In this document: in pieces, positions 28,060 through 40,729 of the stretch
Layout: the number at the start of each line of letters is the position of its first letter
Position numbering within the stretch: position 1 is the first letter of the stretch
Source of the DNA: Octopus vulgaris
Lineage: Eukaryota
Length of the DNA: 64,000 bases
Assembly: GCA_951406725.2 (NCBI GenBank)
Contig: OX597818.1
Span: 53,134,001 to 53,198,000 of the forward strand
Direction: 5' to 3'
The notes under the pieces: model-generated
Told to the model about the DNA's origin: nothing
Seen by the model: only the letters and a program-made list of their open reading frames with translations
Database searches by the model: none
Position numbers and translations under genes: made by a program

Positions 28060-28819
28060 GTGAGTTAAATGTTTGTTTACAAGGGCAAATATTACTTTAC
28101 TCTTTTACTCTTTTACTTGTTTCAGTCATTTGACTGTGGCCATGCTGGAGCACCGGCTTTTAGTCGAGCAAGTCGACCCCAGGACTTATTCTTTGTAAGC
28201 CTAGTACTTATTCTATCGGTCTCTTTTTGCCGAACCGCTAAGTTACGGGGACACCAGCATCGGTTGTTAAGCGATATTGGGGGGACAAACACAGACACAC
28301 AAATACACACACACACACACGTACCCCCCCACATACATATACACACATATACGACGGGCTTCTTTCAGTTTCCGTCTACCAAATCCACTCACAAGGCTTT
28401 GGTCGGCCCGAGGCTATAGTAGAAGACACTTGCCCAAGGTGCCACGCAGTGGGACTGAACCCGGAATCATGTGGCTGTTAAGCAAGCTACTTACCATACA
28501 GCCTACTGCACTTTGCTCAGAAAAGAAATTTTTTCATCCGTTCTTATCTTGCTCAGTTGACAGTTTCTATCTAGCTAACGAGCTAAATATCTATATTTGT
28601 TCAGTTTCTATTTACATCTCTCTCATGCTCTCTACCTGTCATGCACGAAGCTATTGAAGGAGACACTTCCCTAAGATGCGACACAGTGTGCAGAGCTTCA
28701 AACTATACAAATACACACAATATTTGTATATTACATGTTTTTATACATCATATAACTTAGATCATGTATTAGCGCTTTCTCCCATTCTAGTGGGGTTTTC
28801 AAATCAAACTAAGTTCCTG

Positions 28820-29234
28820 TGTCTAAGTTATATATATATAACTTAGATAAATTAGATTGGTTTCGGCCATTATCGGCCCAGGCCATGACTAACTTAATAG
28901 CACCACCTGGAAAAGTCTTTTAGTTAATTATTTCAAGACACCATGTTGTTGGTTGAGACGTATCCAGGTGTAGGTGGTTTATCCGTATTTTCTGGAGGAA
29001 TTTGTCCAGGTACCGTTTGAAAGTTGTGGTGTCTTTTTCTACTTTAATTTCTTTCGGGATAACATTGAAAAGAGCAGGACCATTTGCAGTGAAGAAACTG
29101 TATCGCAATGTTCTTATGTGATGTAATCTCGACCTTTGAAGGGGATGCATTGCACAGGTGCCTAGTCTTGGGTGAATTGTAAACATAATACCAATATCAT
29201 TTGGATAATATTGGTGGAATATTTTGCACCACAA
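28820..29234 (-). mobile_element. CR1-clade LINE 3' fragment
   Basis: WCKIFHQYYPNDIGIMFTIHPRLG...GPALFNVIPKEIK is colinear with the 62723-63571 ORF and shares the CTAAGTTA terminal motif. Confidence 0.85.
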
Positions 29235-29370
29235 AGTGGATGAGTTCGGTAAAAGAGACCGATCGAATAAGCATCTGGTTTTAAAAATGTTCTGGGGGCA
29301 ATTCGTTCGACTGAAAATTCTTCAAAGCGGTGCTCCAGCATGGCCGCAGTCTAATGAAGAAGACAAGTAA

Positions 29371-29900
29371 GTGCTCTTTCCAAAACTTGCACCATAACAT
29401 TCTCAAGAGTTTCAGACCCCACTTCCTTGATTTCTCTATTGATGCTCTCCTTCAGTTGCACCAGGGACTCCGGTTTGTTGACGTAAACCCTATCTTTCCG
29501 AGATATTGAAGTTTGGGGAACGTGAAGGCCATTCAAAGTAGACCTCACACATGGTTCCAGCAAGGTGGAGCAACTGCTCATACCGCAACAAAAATAATGC
29601 AGTTGCTACGGTTGTGCTTTGGAGAGAGAATAAATCTCTTGCTACGGCGATGTCAACTGGCCTTCACGTTCCCCAGACTTGACTAACCCGGATTTTTTCT
29701 TCTGGGGATATCTGAAAGAGAGGGCTTATATCAACAAACCGGAGACCCTGGTGCAACTGAAGGAGAACATCAATAGAGAAATCAGAGAAGTAGGGTCTGA
29801 AACTCTTGATGGTGTTATGGTGCAAGTTTTGGAAAGAGCACGGGCGTGCGATGCCGAAAATGGTTACCATTTAAGTCATGTCATTTTTCATATGTGATGT
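29371..29900 (+). pseudogene. Tc1/mariner-superfamily transposase C-terminal remnant with inverted partial duplicate
   Basis: + strand WFQQGGATAH...WPSRSPDLTNPDFFFWGYLKERAY...ENGYHLSHV (29550-29897). 29371-29531 is a reverse-complement copy of 29658-29841. Confidence 0.85.
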
Positions 29901-30154
29901 AGCGGTGCTTCAAAATTGACATGTGTATATTAATTTCCATTATGTTCTTTATATTGAATCAAAATTTCATGCACTATACGGACTTTTAAAGAAATCATCT
30001 CAGTACAGAAACATGGTAACAGGTTCTTAGAGGAGAGTTGAGTCGTTCTATTATTCTATTATGTTTCTATAAGGCAAAGTCGACTTCGGCGTCATTTGAT
30101 TTCATTTATAATTAAGTTCCTCAACACCTTTTTGTCTGGCATTCTACCGATTCT

Positions 30155-30330
30155 GCGGAATTTGTAGGAACCAAGGTTCACTCGATGCTCAGGAGTCTTG
30201 GGCTAGCTGCGAAGGAGAGAAATCAATGCTGCCAGAAAAATGTCGGAAGCTGCTGGGATCACAAGCCATTACATATTGGCCCGAGCAAGAAGACGAGTGG
30301 TGCGGCAAGAACGTACTATGAGCATGGTAG
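30155..30330 (+). pseudogene. Possible Hero/R2-group RLE LINE C-terminal remnant
   Basis: FVGTKVHSMLRSLGLAAKERNQCCQK/MSEAAGITSHYI resembles the GFVG...LGL...SEAA C-terminus of Hero-like elements (from recall). Confidence 0.4.
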
Positions 30331-30836
30331 AAACAGCTGGCCAAGGTTTCACAACATCTAATTCAACAGATCTCGTGCTGTTGTGCGGTAGTTTTGTCGC
30401 TTACATCGGTGGGTGGCTCTGGACAGTTCTGGTGTCGCAGTGGAAGATACGTAAAAAAACATACAGGGCTGCTTCACCGCCTGATGCGACATCTCCTGCG
30501 TATGGTATCAGAGTACAGCAGCACCCCAAGCACACAAGCATAATTATTTCTAGCGCAGAAGCCCACTGCCGCAAATTTGAGGTGGGTGGAGCGATCGTCG
30601 ATTACATTGGCACTAGTATTTGACTCATAGTTTTATTTTATCGAGTCCGGAAGGATGAAATGTATAAACTCGACCTCTGTCGGATCTGAATTGAGAGAAT
30701 TTGAACATAATGTGGTGTAACTTAAATATCAGTAGGCATTTTGTGGGGCACTTAACCAATTCCAACAATTAATAACAATACAGAAGTGTATATATGTGAT
30801 ATATATATATATATATATGTATATATATGTGTGTGT

Positions 30837-30910
<74 letters not shown>

Positions 30911-30916
30911 TATATA

Positions 30917-30959
<43 letters not shown>

Positions 30960-30974
30960 TTATATATGTACATA

Positions 30975-31011
<37 letters not shown>

Positions 31012-31122
31012 GTATAAATATATATATATATATATACGTATGTATATATATATGTCTATCTACATATGTGTATGTATGTATAGGTCTGTGTATATGTATG
31101 CGTGTTTATATTTATATGTATG

Positions 31123-31251
<129 letters not shown>

Positions 31252-31467
31252 GTGCATCTTTCTCGATATATACGTGTGTGTGTATGTGAATGCAGAGAGA
31301 GGTGTGTGTGTGTAAACATTACTGCATTCAATCTTGTCTATATATCTTTGACATTTTCTAACAAAACGATAGAAAAAAGATTGCAATGGCTTTTCATCAA
31401 AAGAACATGATTTCCCACAAAATGGTGGAATTGAGAATTGGTGGGCGGAGGAAGCTGAAAGCTTATA

Positions 31468-31524
<57 letters not shown>

Positions 31525-31735
31525 ACAAATAAAAAAAATCTGAAATGTCATTTTTTAAAAATTTTATTTCATTTTATTTTTTATCTCTTTATTAATCGCA
31601 TCATTCACCAGACAACGGTGATTAAGATTTGAAAGCAAATAAACTAACGAACAAAACAAGATTCACACGTGGGTGAATATATATATATATATATATGTAT
31701 GTATATATATATATATGTATATATATATATGTATG

Positions 31736-31806
<71 letters not shown>

Positions 31807-32086
31807 CATTTCCTGAGCGCCTATTAATAATAATACTGTAATTGTTCCATTGTTGTTGTTTTTTTGTTTCCCGTTTGGATTAAAATTATATATATATATA
31901 TATATATATTATGTATTATATATATATATTATGTATTATATATTATATATCATATATATTATATATATAATTATAATTTTCTTTCGAAAAACAGCGTAGA
32001 AGTGCTCAAGTCGAACTCGAGGCGCTAGACAAGCATAATAGATACGATAGAAAAGTTTCAAATCAGGTAGACTACAATTAACACTA

Positions 32087-32135
<49 letters not shown>

Positions 32136-32154
32136 ATAGATGGATAGATGGATG

Positions 32155-32211
<57 letters not shown>

Positions 32212-32662
32212 GTAAGACTTTGCCTTTCATCCTTTCGGGGTGGATAAATTAAGTACCAGTTGCGTACTGGGGTCGATCTAATCGACTGGCCCCATCCTCC
32301 AAAATTTCGGCCCTTGTGCCTAGAGTAGAAAAGAATATATGTAACATTCAGCAATTAAGACCTGGTAATGATGCGTTGAAACAATTGTAGCGATTCGTAA
32401 TAAATGGCTATTCAACCAATCCTTCCGTATTTAAAATTTTTTTGTTTATACTCAACGGATATTTACGAATTTCCAGATGTATATCTAGTAACAGGAGAAG
32501 TCCTATTGGACGATAACATGTGGTAGCCGATACTCGGTAAGGAGCTATGGCAGGCATATTATATATAATTTCAGGGAGATTTGGCAGTGATTTTTAATAC
32601 AGTGTATATAAATTCACTTACCCTTTTTTTATCGATTTCTTTTCTTTTTTCTTCCTTTCCAG

Positions 32663-32741
32663 AATAACGCCGGTGGTGCCATCTCTTGGTAGATTTATCA
32701 CAAAAGATATCCAGTGTTCCGGTTACCAAATACCAGCTGGG
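32663..32741 (+). CDS. Cytochrome P450 exon 7 (79 nt)
   Basis: Long polypyrimidine tract with CCAG ending at 32662. Translates RITPVVPSLGRFITKDIQCSGYQIPAG. Donor GTTTGT at 32742, phase 0. Absent from the ORF track. Confidence 0.93.
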
Positions 32742-32772
32742 GTTTGTAATAAATTATTATTATTATTATTAT

Positions 32773-32826
32773 TCTATGTTTGACTTTTGCTTTATATTTG
32801 TACAAGTTGGCTCCAAGTCTCACCCA
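32773..32826 (-). mobile_element. Extremely truncated 3' end of the R4/Dong-like element in (TAA)n
   Basis: Matches 7529-7582 and is flanked by (TTA)n. A diverged relative lies at 9689-9775. Confidence 0.85.
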
Positions 32827-32953
<127 letters not shown>

Positions 32954-32959
32954 TAGTTT

Positions 32960-33090
32960 TTTTTTTATAACATGCTTTCACTTCACTACCGAGCGCAGCT
33001 CTGTGTACCTTGGGTTTGTGCTGTGGTTTGTTGTGATGCTCTTATGGTTACTGTATTGAAAGTTGTTTTACGTAAGATGCGTAGGACAGA
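32960..33090 (-). mobile_element. 3' end of another RLE-type LINE next to (TAA)n
   Basis: Minus strand reads ...SVLRILRKT, like the AHILRKIL end of 7742-9043, followed by a UTR that runs into (TAA)n. Confidence 0.45.
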
Positions 33091-35590
33091 GGTTGTGCAG
33101 TCGCAGTTTGTTAAAATAAGCATGAACGTTCCAATTGCTAATACTTCACCAATTAAAACCATTGGAAGTGATTTCTCATCAATAAATGACAAATAAGTGT
33201 CATCACTTCCAGCCTTCTGAATCAAATCAATTCGCCTTTTGGTTATGTTAGTGTTGACGTATTTAATGTCGGAATCATTAAAACCCTTATAATCATCATC
33301 ATCATTGTTCGACCGTGGTCGAGACAATGGAATTTACCATGCTACGCCAGACTTCACGGTCCATCATGGCATTACGGAGGTCCTGTTGCTGGATGCCTGT
33401 ATCCCTGGAGATTACATCAGGGTAGGAGAGTGTGCGCCCTCTGGTAATGCGAGTAGATGGCTCCCAGAGGAGAAGAGTAGAAATTACTTCTTTTTCAGCT
33501 CTACAACAATGTCCTTATAATAGACAGACAGACAGACATATTGGTGGACGGACGGACTGAGAGAGAAGCAACTTCATTAATCAATGACTCATAATATTTG
33601 AATTACTTTCACAACCATGGGAAACAACTGCGAACATGTTTAAGCCTTATTATGATCTCATCAGAGGAAGAGCTGAGCTGTCAATCGGTATTTCTTCCTA
33701 CTCTTTGCTCCTTAGTTCAAATCCCGTTGAGATCAACTTTGCTTTTCATGCCTCCCAGGGTCGATATAATAAAGTATCAGTCAAATACTGGTACTTGATA
33801 CTATCGATCATCAACTAACTACGTCCTATACAATTGCTGGCATCGAATCTAAATTAGAAACCAGTATGACCTCATCAGAGAGAATTATAAAATCGACCCT
33901 AAGACTTATTCTTTTGTAAGCCTAGTACTGATTCTATCGGTTTCTTTTGCCGAACAGCTAAGTTATGAGCACATAAATATACCAACACCGGTTGTCACGC
34001 GATGGTGGGGGAACAAGCACAAACACACAAATACATACATTTATATACGACGGGCTTCTTTCAGTTTCCATCTATCAATTCCACTCACAAGACTCTGATC
34101 GGCCCGAGGCTATAGCAGAAGACACTTGCCCAAGGTGCCACGCAGTGGAACTGAACCCAGAACCATGTGGTTGGGAAGCAAGCTTCTTGTTTCTTTACTG
34201 CCCACAAAGGGCTAAACACAGAGGGGACAAACAAGGACAGACAAACGGATTAAGTCGATTATATCGACCCCAGTGCGTAACTGGTTCTAAATTTATCGAC
34301 CCGAAAGGATGAAAGGCAGAGTCGACCTCGGCGAAATTTGAACTCAGAACGTAACGGTAGACGAAATACGGCTACGCATTTCGCCCGGCGTGCTAACGTT
34401 TCTGCCAGCTCGCCGCCCTCTTACCACACAGCTACTCCTGCGCCTGTATAAAAGTTGTGCATTGATTGATATGCGGCCAACTGTCCCTCGTAAGCGAATA
34501 TAGCTTGGCAGTATGTACCCCGCTTCCGGTAATTATATAAGGTGCCTAAGGCGGCGAGCTGGCAGAAACGTTAGCGCGCCGGGCGAAATGCTTAGCGGTA
34601 TTTCGTCTGTCGTTACGTTCTGAGTTCAAATTCCGCCGAGGTCGACTTTGCCTTTCATCCTTTCGGGGTCGATAAATAAAGTACCAGTTTCGCACTGGGG
34701 TCGATGTAATCGACTTAATCCCTTTGTCTGTCCTTGTTTGTCCTCTCTATGTTTAGCCCCTTGTGGGTAGTAAAGAAATATATATAAGGTGCCTATTTGT
34801 CTACAACGAGGAATTTTCCCCACGACAAAATACAGTCAATGGCCTTCTTGCGGGTTCAAATATGCCTCAAGCATTTCAAAACCGATAACTAGTTAGTATT
34901 TATGTTCATCGCTGCTTAACGCTGACACCCTGTATTTAATTCACGGCGATCTGCTCAATAGCGCAGCCTGTCATTGAACGATGACAGGAATATTTGTTTC
35001 TTTACTACCCACAAGGGGCTAAACATAGAGGGGACAAACAAGGACAGACAAACGGATTAAGTCGATTACATCGATACCAGTGCGAAACTGGTACTTAATT
35101 TATCGACCCCGAAAGGATGAAAGGCAAAGTCGACCTCGGCGGAATTTGAACTCAGAACGTAACGGCAGACGAAATACGGCTACGCATTTCGTGTGCTAAC
35201 GTGTCTGCCAGCTCAAGCGGGACCTGTCACTCATGTCAGCTCGTAGCGTCAGCCTGGTCTCTGTTGCTGGAGGGCAGATAACCACTTCAAACTGCATGCG
35301 CCCAACAGTTTGGTTAGGGGTCGCTGTGAGCTGACTCGGTGTATTTACAGCTATTTACTCTGTTACTCTTTTACTTGTTTCAGTCATTTGACTGTGGCTA
35401 TGCTGGAGCACCGCCTTTAGTCGAGCAGATCGCCCCCAGGACTTATTCTTTGTAAGCCTAGTGCTTATTCTATCGGTCTCTTTTGCCGAACCGCTAACTT
35501 ACGGGGACGTAAACACACCAGCATCGGTTGTCAAGCGATGTTGGGGGGACAAACACAGACACACAAACATATACACACACATACATACAT

Positions 35591-35636
<46 letters not shown>

Positions 35637-36539
35637 GAAGGGCTTCTTTCAGTTTCCGTCAACCAAATCCACTCACAAGGCTTTGGTCGACTCGAGGCTG
35701 TAGTAGAAGACAGTTGCCCAAGGTGTCACGCAGTGGGACTGAACCCGGAACCATGTGGTTGGTAAGCAAGCTACTTACCACACAGCCACTCCTAGAAAAA
35801 GAAATGTTCTCCATGAGAAAATACAGTAAATTACTTTCTTACGGGTTCGGACATGCCTCAAGCGTATTTGAACCGGTAACAAGTTTGTATTTAGGGTACA
35901 TCGCTGTTTAGTACTGTCACCTCGTAAGGTACTTACGTAATCGCGAGTAGATATGAACACTCTCTCGGTCCCCTCACCCTTATTTCAATAGGACATTCAG
36001 GTTATAACAGCTGAATGAAGGGAGGGCTGTACCATGTCAACTGCTACTCATATGAAGGTGAGTAAACTGGAACAGCGCGAGACGAAAATGCTTTCCACAT
36101 TACACAGCATGATGCCCCATCTAAGAATTGAAATCATGACCTTATAATTATGAGTCACTAAGCCACACCCGTTTTCAAGTGTATGGGTATGAAAACAGGA
36201 TTATTAAGAGAATAATAACTCAAAGTGGCATATTTATTTCTGGTTAACTTAGCAACAAACCTGTAAAAGCGTGACCGGAAAATTCGCGATAAGAAATCTC
36301 GCCGTATGAGAAAATTCGCCGTATCTACAATAATGATAAAGCGTATAATAGCAGCAATTTTTTTTAAATAAAAAGAAAGAATGATAAAGGATTTTATAAA
36401 AGCATTAAATAAACAAGTCTTTATTCATCGTCAAACATGAGGCTTAAAATGAAGTTATTTAAAACGAAATTTCTTACTACAAATTTTCCTACGGCAAAAA
36501 TATAACCATGTTAAAGCCAACTTTTATTTTTTTTTATTT

Positions 36540-36824
36540 ATGCGCCCTTTCCAAGCCTAGCCAGGCTTATGGGCCCGGTTTCCCGGTTTCTATGGCGTAT
36601 ATGTTCCACCCAACTGGACGGGACGCCAGTCCATAGCAGCATTACTCAAGAAACAGGAAGAGTGAGAGAAAGTTGTGGTGAAAGAGTACAACAGGGATCG
36701 CCACCATCCGTGGAACTTTAGGTGTTTTCGCTCAACAAACACACACAACGCCCGGTCTGGGAATCGAAACCGCGATCGTCCGACCGCGAGTCCGCTGCCC
36801 TAACCACTGGGCCATTGCGCCTCC
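36540..36824 (-). mobile_element. SINE family A with Meta/V-domain-like tail
   Basis: A head, then GATGGACTGGCGTCCCGTCCAG...AGAAACCGGGAAACCGGGCCCAT-type tail. TSD AAAGCCAACTTT at 36513-36524 and 36826-36837. Second copy at 44020-44315(-). Confidence 0.8.
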
Positions 36825-36864
36825 CAAAGCCAACTTTACTATTATTTTTTCAACGACTCTTGCA

Positions 36865-37080
36865 GTTAATTATTATCGTTTTAACGATGCCTATGGTGGA
36901 TGTGTCAACACCGACTTAACTATTATCTTTTTAACAGCTCGAACAGTAAATATGTTAACACTATCTTAACTATTATCTTTTTAACGGTTTCTACAGTGAA
37001 TATGTTAATACCAACTTATTTATCATCTTTCAAACATGCCCGCAATGAATGCGTTAACACCAGCTTAACAACTGTTTTTC
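36865..37080. repeat. Degenerate 50-bp tandem repeat (~4 copies)
   Basis: TTAACTATTATCTTTTTAAC recurs at 36916 and 36966, with diverged copies either side. Confidence 0.75.
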
Positions 37081-37842
37081 ATGCGGATGACATCACTTGT
37101 TATTCTCCAAGCGATATCTATATGCGCCGAAGGCGGCAAGCTGGCAGAAACCTTAGCACGCCGGGCGAAATGCGTAGCCGTATTTCGTCCCATTTGCTTG
37201 GCAGACGGTCATTTAAAGATGTAAGGCGGCGAGCTGGCAGAAACGTTAGCGTGCCGGGCGAAATGCTTATCGGCATTTCGTCTGCCGTTACGTTCTGAGT
37301 TCAAATTCGGCCGAGGTCAACTTTGCCTTCGTCCTTTCGAGGTCGATAAATTAAGTACCAGTTACGCACTGGGGTTGATGTAATCGACTTAATCCATTTG
37401 TCTGTCCTTGTTTGTCCCCTCTGTGTTTAGCCCCTTGTGGGTAGTAAAGAAATAGATATCTACATGCGCCGAGCATTTTTGAAAATATAAATTTAAGGCT
37501 TTCGATAATCTGTGCTTATTACAGATTCAAATTTTGATGCCGGGAGAGTAATTTGGGGGGAAGGAGCTGGTCGATTACATCGACCCCTGTTCACAGCTGG
37601 TACTTATTTTATCGATCCTGAAAGAAATAATACCGAGCAATTCGTCCGACGTTCTAACGATGCCCTAATGTTTGAGTGTCGTGAATAAAGTATTAATATT
37701 CATAAAATTGTTATTTACTAATATGATTAATGAAAGAAGTTAAGCATTAATTTACCATTTGTTTCCTCTAAGTTTCTACGTTTAAAACATTGCTTATATT
37801 TATTTTAACCTTCTGTAAAAAGTGTGCCAGTGATCTCGTTAG

Positions 37843-38382
37843 AGCTACACAAATAGTTCTCTACAGAAACTGTTCTCAAATTCTCTACACAAGTAGTTCT
37901 CTACACAAACAGTTCTCAAATGTTCTACACAAGTAGTTCTCTACACAAACAGTTATCTTCACAAATAGTTCTCTACACAAATAGTTCTCTACACAAGCAG
38001 TTCTCAAATGCTCTACACAAGTAGTTCTCTACACATGCAGTTCTCTACACAAGCAGTTCTCTACACAAATAGTTCTCTAGACAAATAATTCTCTACACAA
38101 ATAATTCTCTACATATGTAGTTCTCTACACAAACAGTTCTCTACACAAGCAGTTCTCAAATGCTCTACACATGCAGTTCTCTACACAAGCAGTTCTCTAC
38201 ACAAATAGTTCACTACATAAGCAGTTCTCTACACAAATAGTTCTCTACACAAGTAGTTCTCTACACAAGCAGTTCTCTGCACAAATAGTCCTCTACACAA
38301 ATAGTTCTCAAATGCTCTACACAAGTAGTTCTCTACACAAACAGTTCTCTACAGAAACAGGTCTCTACACAAGTAGTTCTCA
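37843..38382. repeat. 16-bp minisatellite (AGTTCTCTACACAA[AG][TC]), about 30 units
   Basis: Visible directly, with interspersed longer variants carrying CAAATG. The 16-aa periodicity of ORF 38171-38632 fits a 16-nt unit. Confidence 0.95.
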
Positions 38383-38686
38383 AATTAACAAATACCAAAC
38401 CTCGCCACAGCCGCCGCCACCACCACCACCATCACCACCACCACCACCACCACCACCACTACCGAAAATAAAAGTAGAATATTTAGCCCACCCATTCTCT
38501 TCTTCATCAATGATAGAACAACATATAGGTTTTCTGTTCATCAAGGTATTGGACAACTTTCGTTTTCCTAATTTGATATTTTGCTGCTGCATCACAATAC
38601 TTCAAGCTAACAACACTGGCTCCTTCTATTAAATATATATACTCGTATTTACAAGCAGTTATATCTTTTACTTTTTCCTTTTTCAG

Positions 38687-38887
38687 ACGATGGTGTCTCT
38701 TCACCAGGGTTGGACCGGAAAACAGAAAAAGTATTTTGACAATCCAGAGGATTTCCGACCAGAACGTTGGTTAGAGAAGAAGCGTTCCAACTACCATCCC
38801 TTTTCATTTATTCCGTTTGGTTTCGGAGCCCGGGCATGTGTTGGTCAGAGAGTTGCTTTACAGGAATTATCGTTGGCTGTGGTAAGG
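38687..38887 (+). CDS. Cytochrome P450 exon 8 (PERW and heme-binding Cys)
   Basis: Acceptor TTTTTCAG. Translates TMVSLHQGW...YFDNPEDFRPERWL...PFGFGARACVGQRVALQELSLAVVR. Donor GTAAGT at 38888, phase 0. Confidence 0.97.
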
Positions 38888-39316
38888 GTAAGTAATGAAA
38901 ATATTTCTTATTAAAATGCATACACACATACACACACACAAATATATATATTTTTAAAGAATAAGAATGGAATCCTTAATTATTCTCATGGAGACACGAA
39001 CATAGCAGCATAACTACAGAGTAGCGAGTGGGGAGCGTCACGTCTCGGGTGACGCCTTAAAGGGGGCCGGCACTTTGGGACTGCCGTATAAGCTTGTGAA
39101 GCAGGCATGGGCAACCTTTTCCGAGAAGCGGGCTGCACTAAAATAAAATTCACGGAATTTTTTTAGGCGTACCATGTACAACAGCAGTTCTAAAATGCGG
39201 CTCCCGGGGTCTCATGCAGCTATCAAACCTCCTTCTTGCGGCTCCTGAGGGTCTTCCCTCTGTAAATATGTTTTTGTCTTTCATTGAATTGTTTTCCCTT
39301 TTTTTTTTGTGCGACC

Positions 39317-39432
39317 ACTAGCGTAGCTAGGAGATGCAGTAGGAGCGGTCCGCACTTTTAAAGGGGTCTGCTGTAGGCAATATGTGCTTTTGTGAGGTCC
39401 GGGGGCGGCCTACACTCTAGCTACGCTAGAGG
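39317..39432. mobile_element. Small hAT-like MITE in P450 intron 8
   Basis: 13-bp perfect inverted repeat CTAGCGTAGCTAG (39318-39330) / CTAGCTACGCTAG (39417-39429). 8-bp direct repeat GTGCGACC at 39309-39316 and 39433-39440. Confidence 0.7.
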
Positions 39433-39534
39433 GTGCGACCCTTTGAAACAATCCAGGTTTTGGATCTGTAAAATCAAGAACTGTCACGGGTAGCATATAT
39501 TCTATCTACGTCACTGTATGTCTGTATGTGGTTA

Positions 39535-39593
<59 letters not shown>

Positions 39594-39602
39594 GCGTGTG
39601 TG

Positions 39603-39660
<58 letters not shown>

Positions 39661-39738
39661 GGATTTATGTGTATTTACAAAAGTAGAAGAATTAAAGTTT
39701 TTCCTTTGTTTGATTTTTTTTTGTTTTTGTCATTCCAG

Positions 39739-39876
39739 ATTTTGCAAAAATATGAAGTAACTTTCTTAAACGAAGATCTTCAAATAGAATACAATATCGT
39801 GAGCAAACCAACGGATAAACTCTGCTTTAAGTTTACAGACCGTCAGTCGAAATCATCAACAGCGAGCGCTTCGTAA
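39739..39876 (+). CDS. Cytochrome P450 exon 9 (last coding exon)
   Basis: Acceptor TCATTCCAG. Translates ILQKYEVTFLNEDLQIEYNIVSKPTDKLCFKFTDRQSKSSTASAS-stop (TAA). The nine exons sum to 1410 nt = 469 aa plus stop with no internal stop. Confidence 0.93.
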   Translation: MLQKYEVTFLNEDLQIEYNIVSKPTDKLCFKFTDRQSKSSTASAS

Positions 39877-40729
39877 TGGCTGAATCGGTTATTAACAAGG
39901 CAACGATCAAGAGAGAAAGATGGAACAGCATTGGAGTTTAAAACCGTTTTACGAATTCCCTTCAATGAAAGGATCTGTAAATAAGTTCTAAAAAAAGCCA
40001 AATTAAAACGTGAAAATATCCGGATATCTACGTCTTTTTCTAAAGCCGAAATATGGACTGAAACAAGGAGAATGGAGAAGGAGGGAAGATAAAGAATGAA
40101 AGAAAGATGGCGCTCCCAGTGTGTCGTCTGGGTGGAGGTGTCAACGTGTAACACATCTAACCTCAAATACAAAGAAATCATTAATAATTTAAGATGAATA
40201 TGAATAATAACAAACGTTTATTAATAATAACATTAACAATTATTTAAGTAGGAACTGGAAAGAAAGATAAAACATATAAATACGTCATTATATTGTTGTA
40301 ATTTCGTTGATTGAAATTACTTCCGTTGCTAATTTTATGTTACGTAATCATTCTAATTTAGATTTTGCTATGTATATATTGACAAGCATGTACGCGCGTG
40401 TGTGTGTGTCTTTGTGTGTACGTGTGTGTGTACGTGTGTATGTATGTGTGTGTGTGTGGATATGTGTGTGTGTGTGTGTATGTGGATGTGTGTGTGTGTG
40501 TGCGATGTACGTAACATTAACGCATAACTTCATCACTTACCATGTATGTATACCAGAATGATTTGAGGGGTTTTTTTTCTTTTTTTTTTCGAGGGGAAAG
40601 GGTCCGTGAGGGGCCCTGTGAGAGCAATCGTGACTATGCGGAAAAGAGGCTTGCTACAGCACGATATGGTTCCGCGTTTGATCCTTCAGCGGCGGGATAC
40701 CTTTACGGGACTATTTGCTACCATATATA

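Noticed and set aside
38171-38632. 153-aa ORF with a periodic N-terminus and poly-Pro
   Set aside because: It is the 16-bp minisatellite plus (CCA)n read through, inside P450 intron 7.
40002-40007. ATTAAA as the P450 polyadenylation signal
   Set aside because: A variant hexamer in AT-rich sequence. The 3' end cannot be fixed without transcript data.
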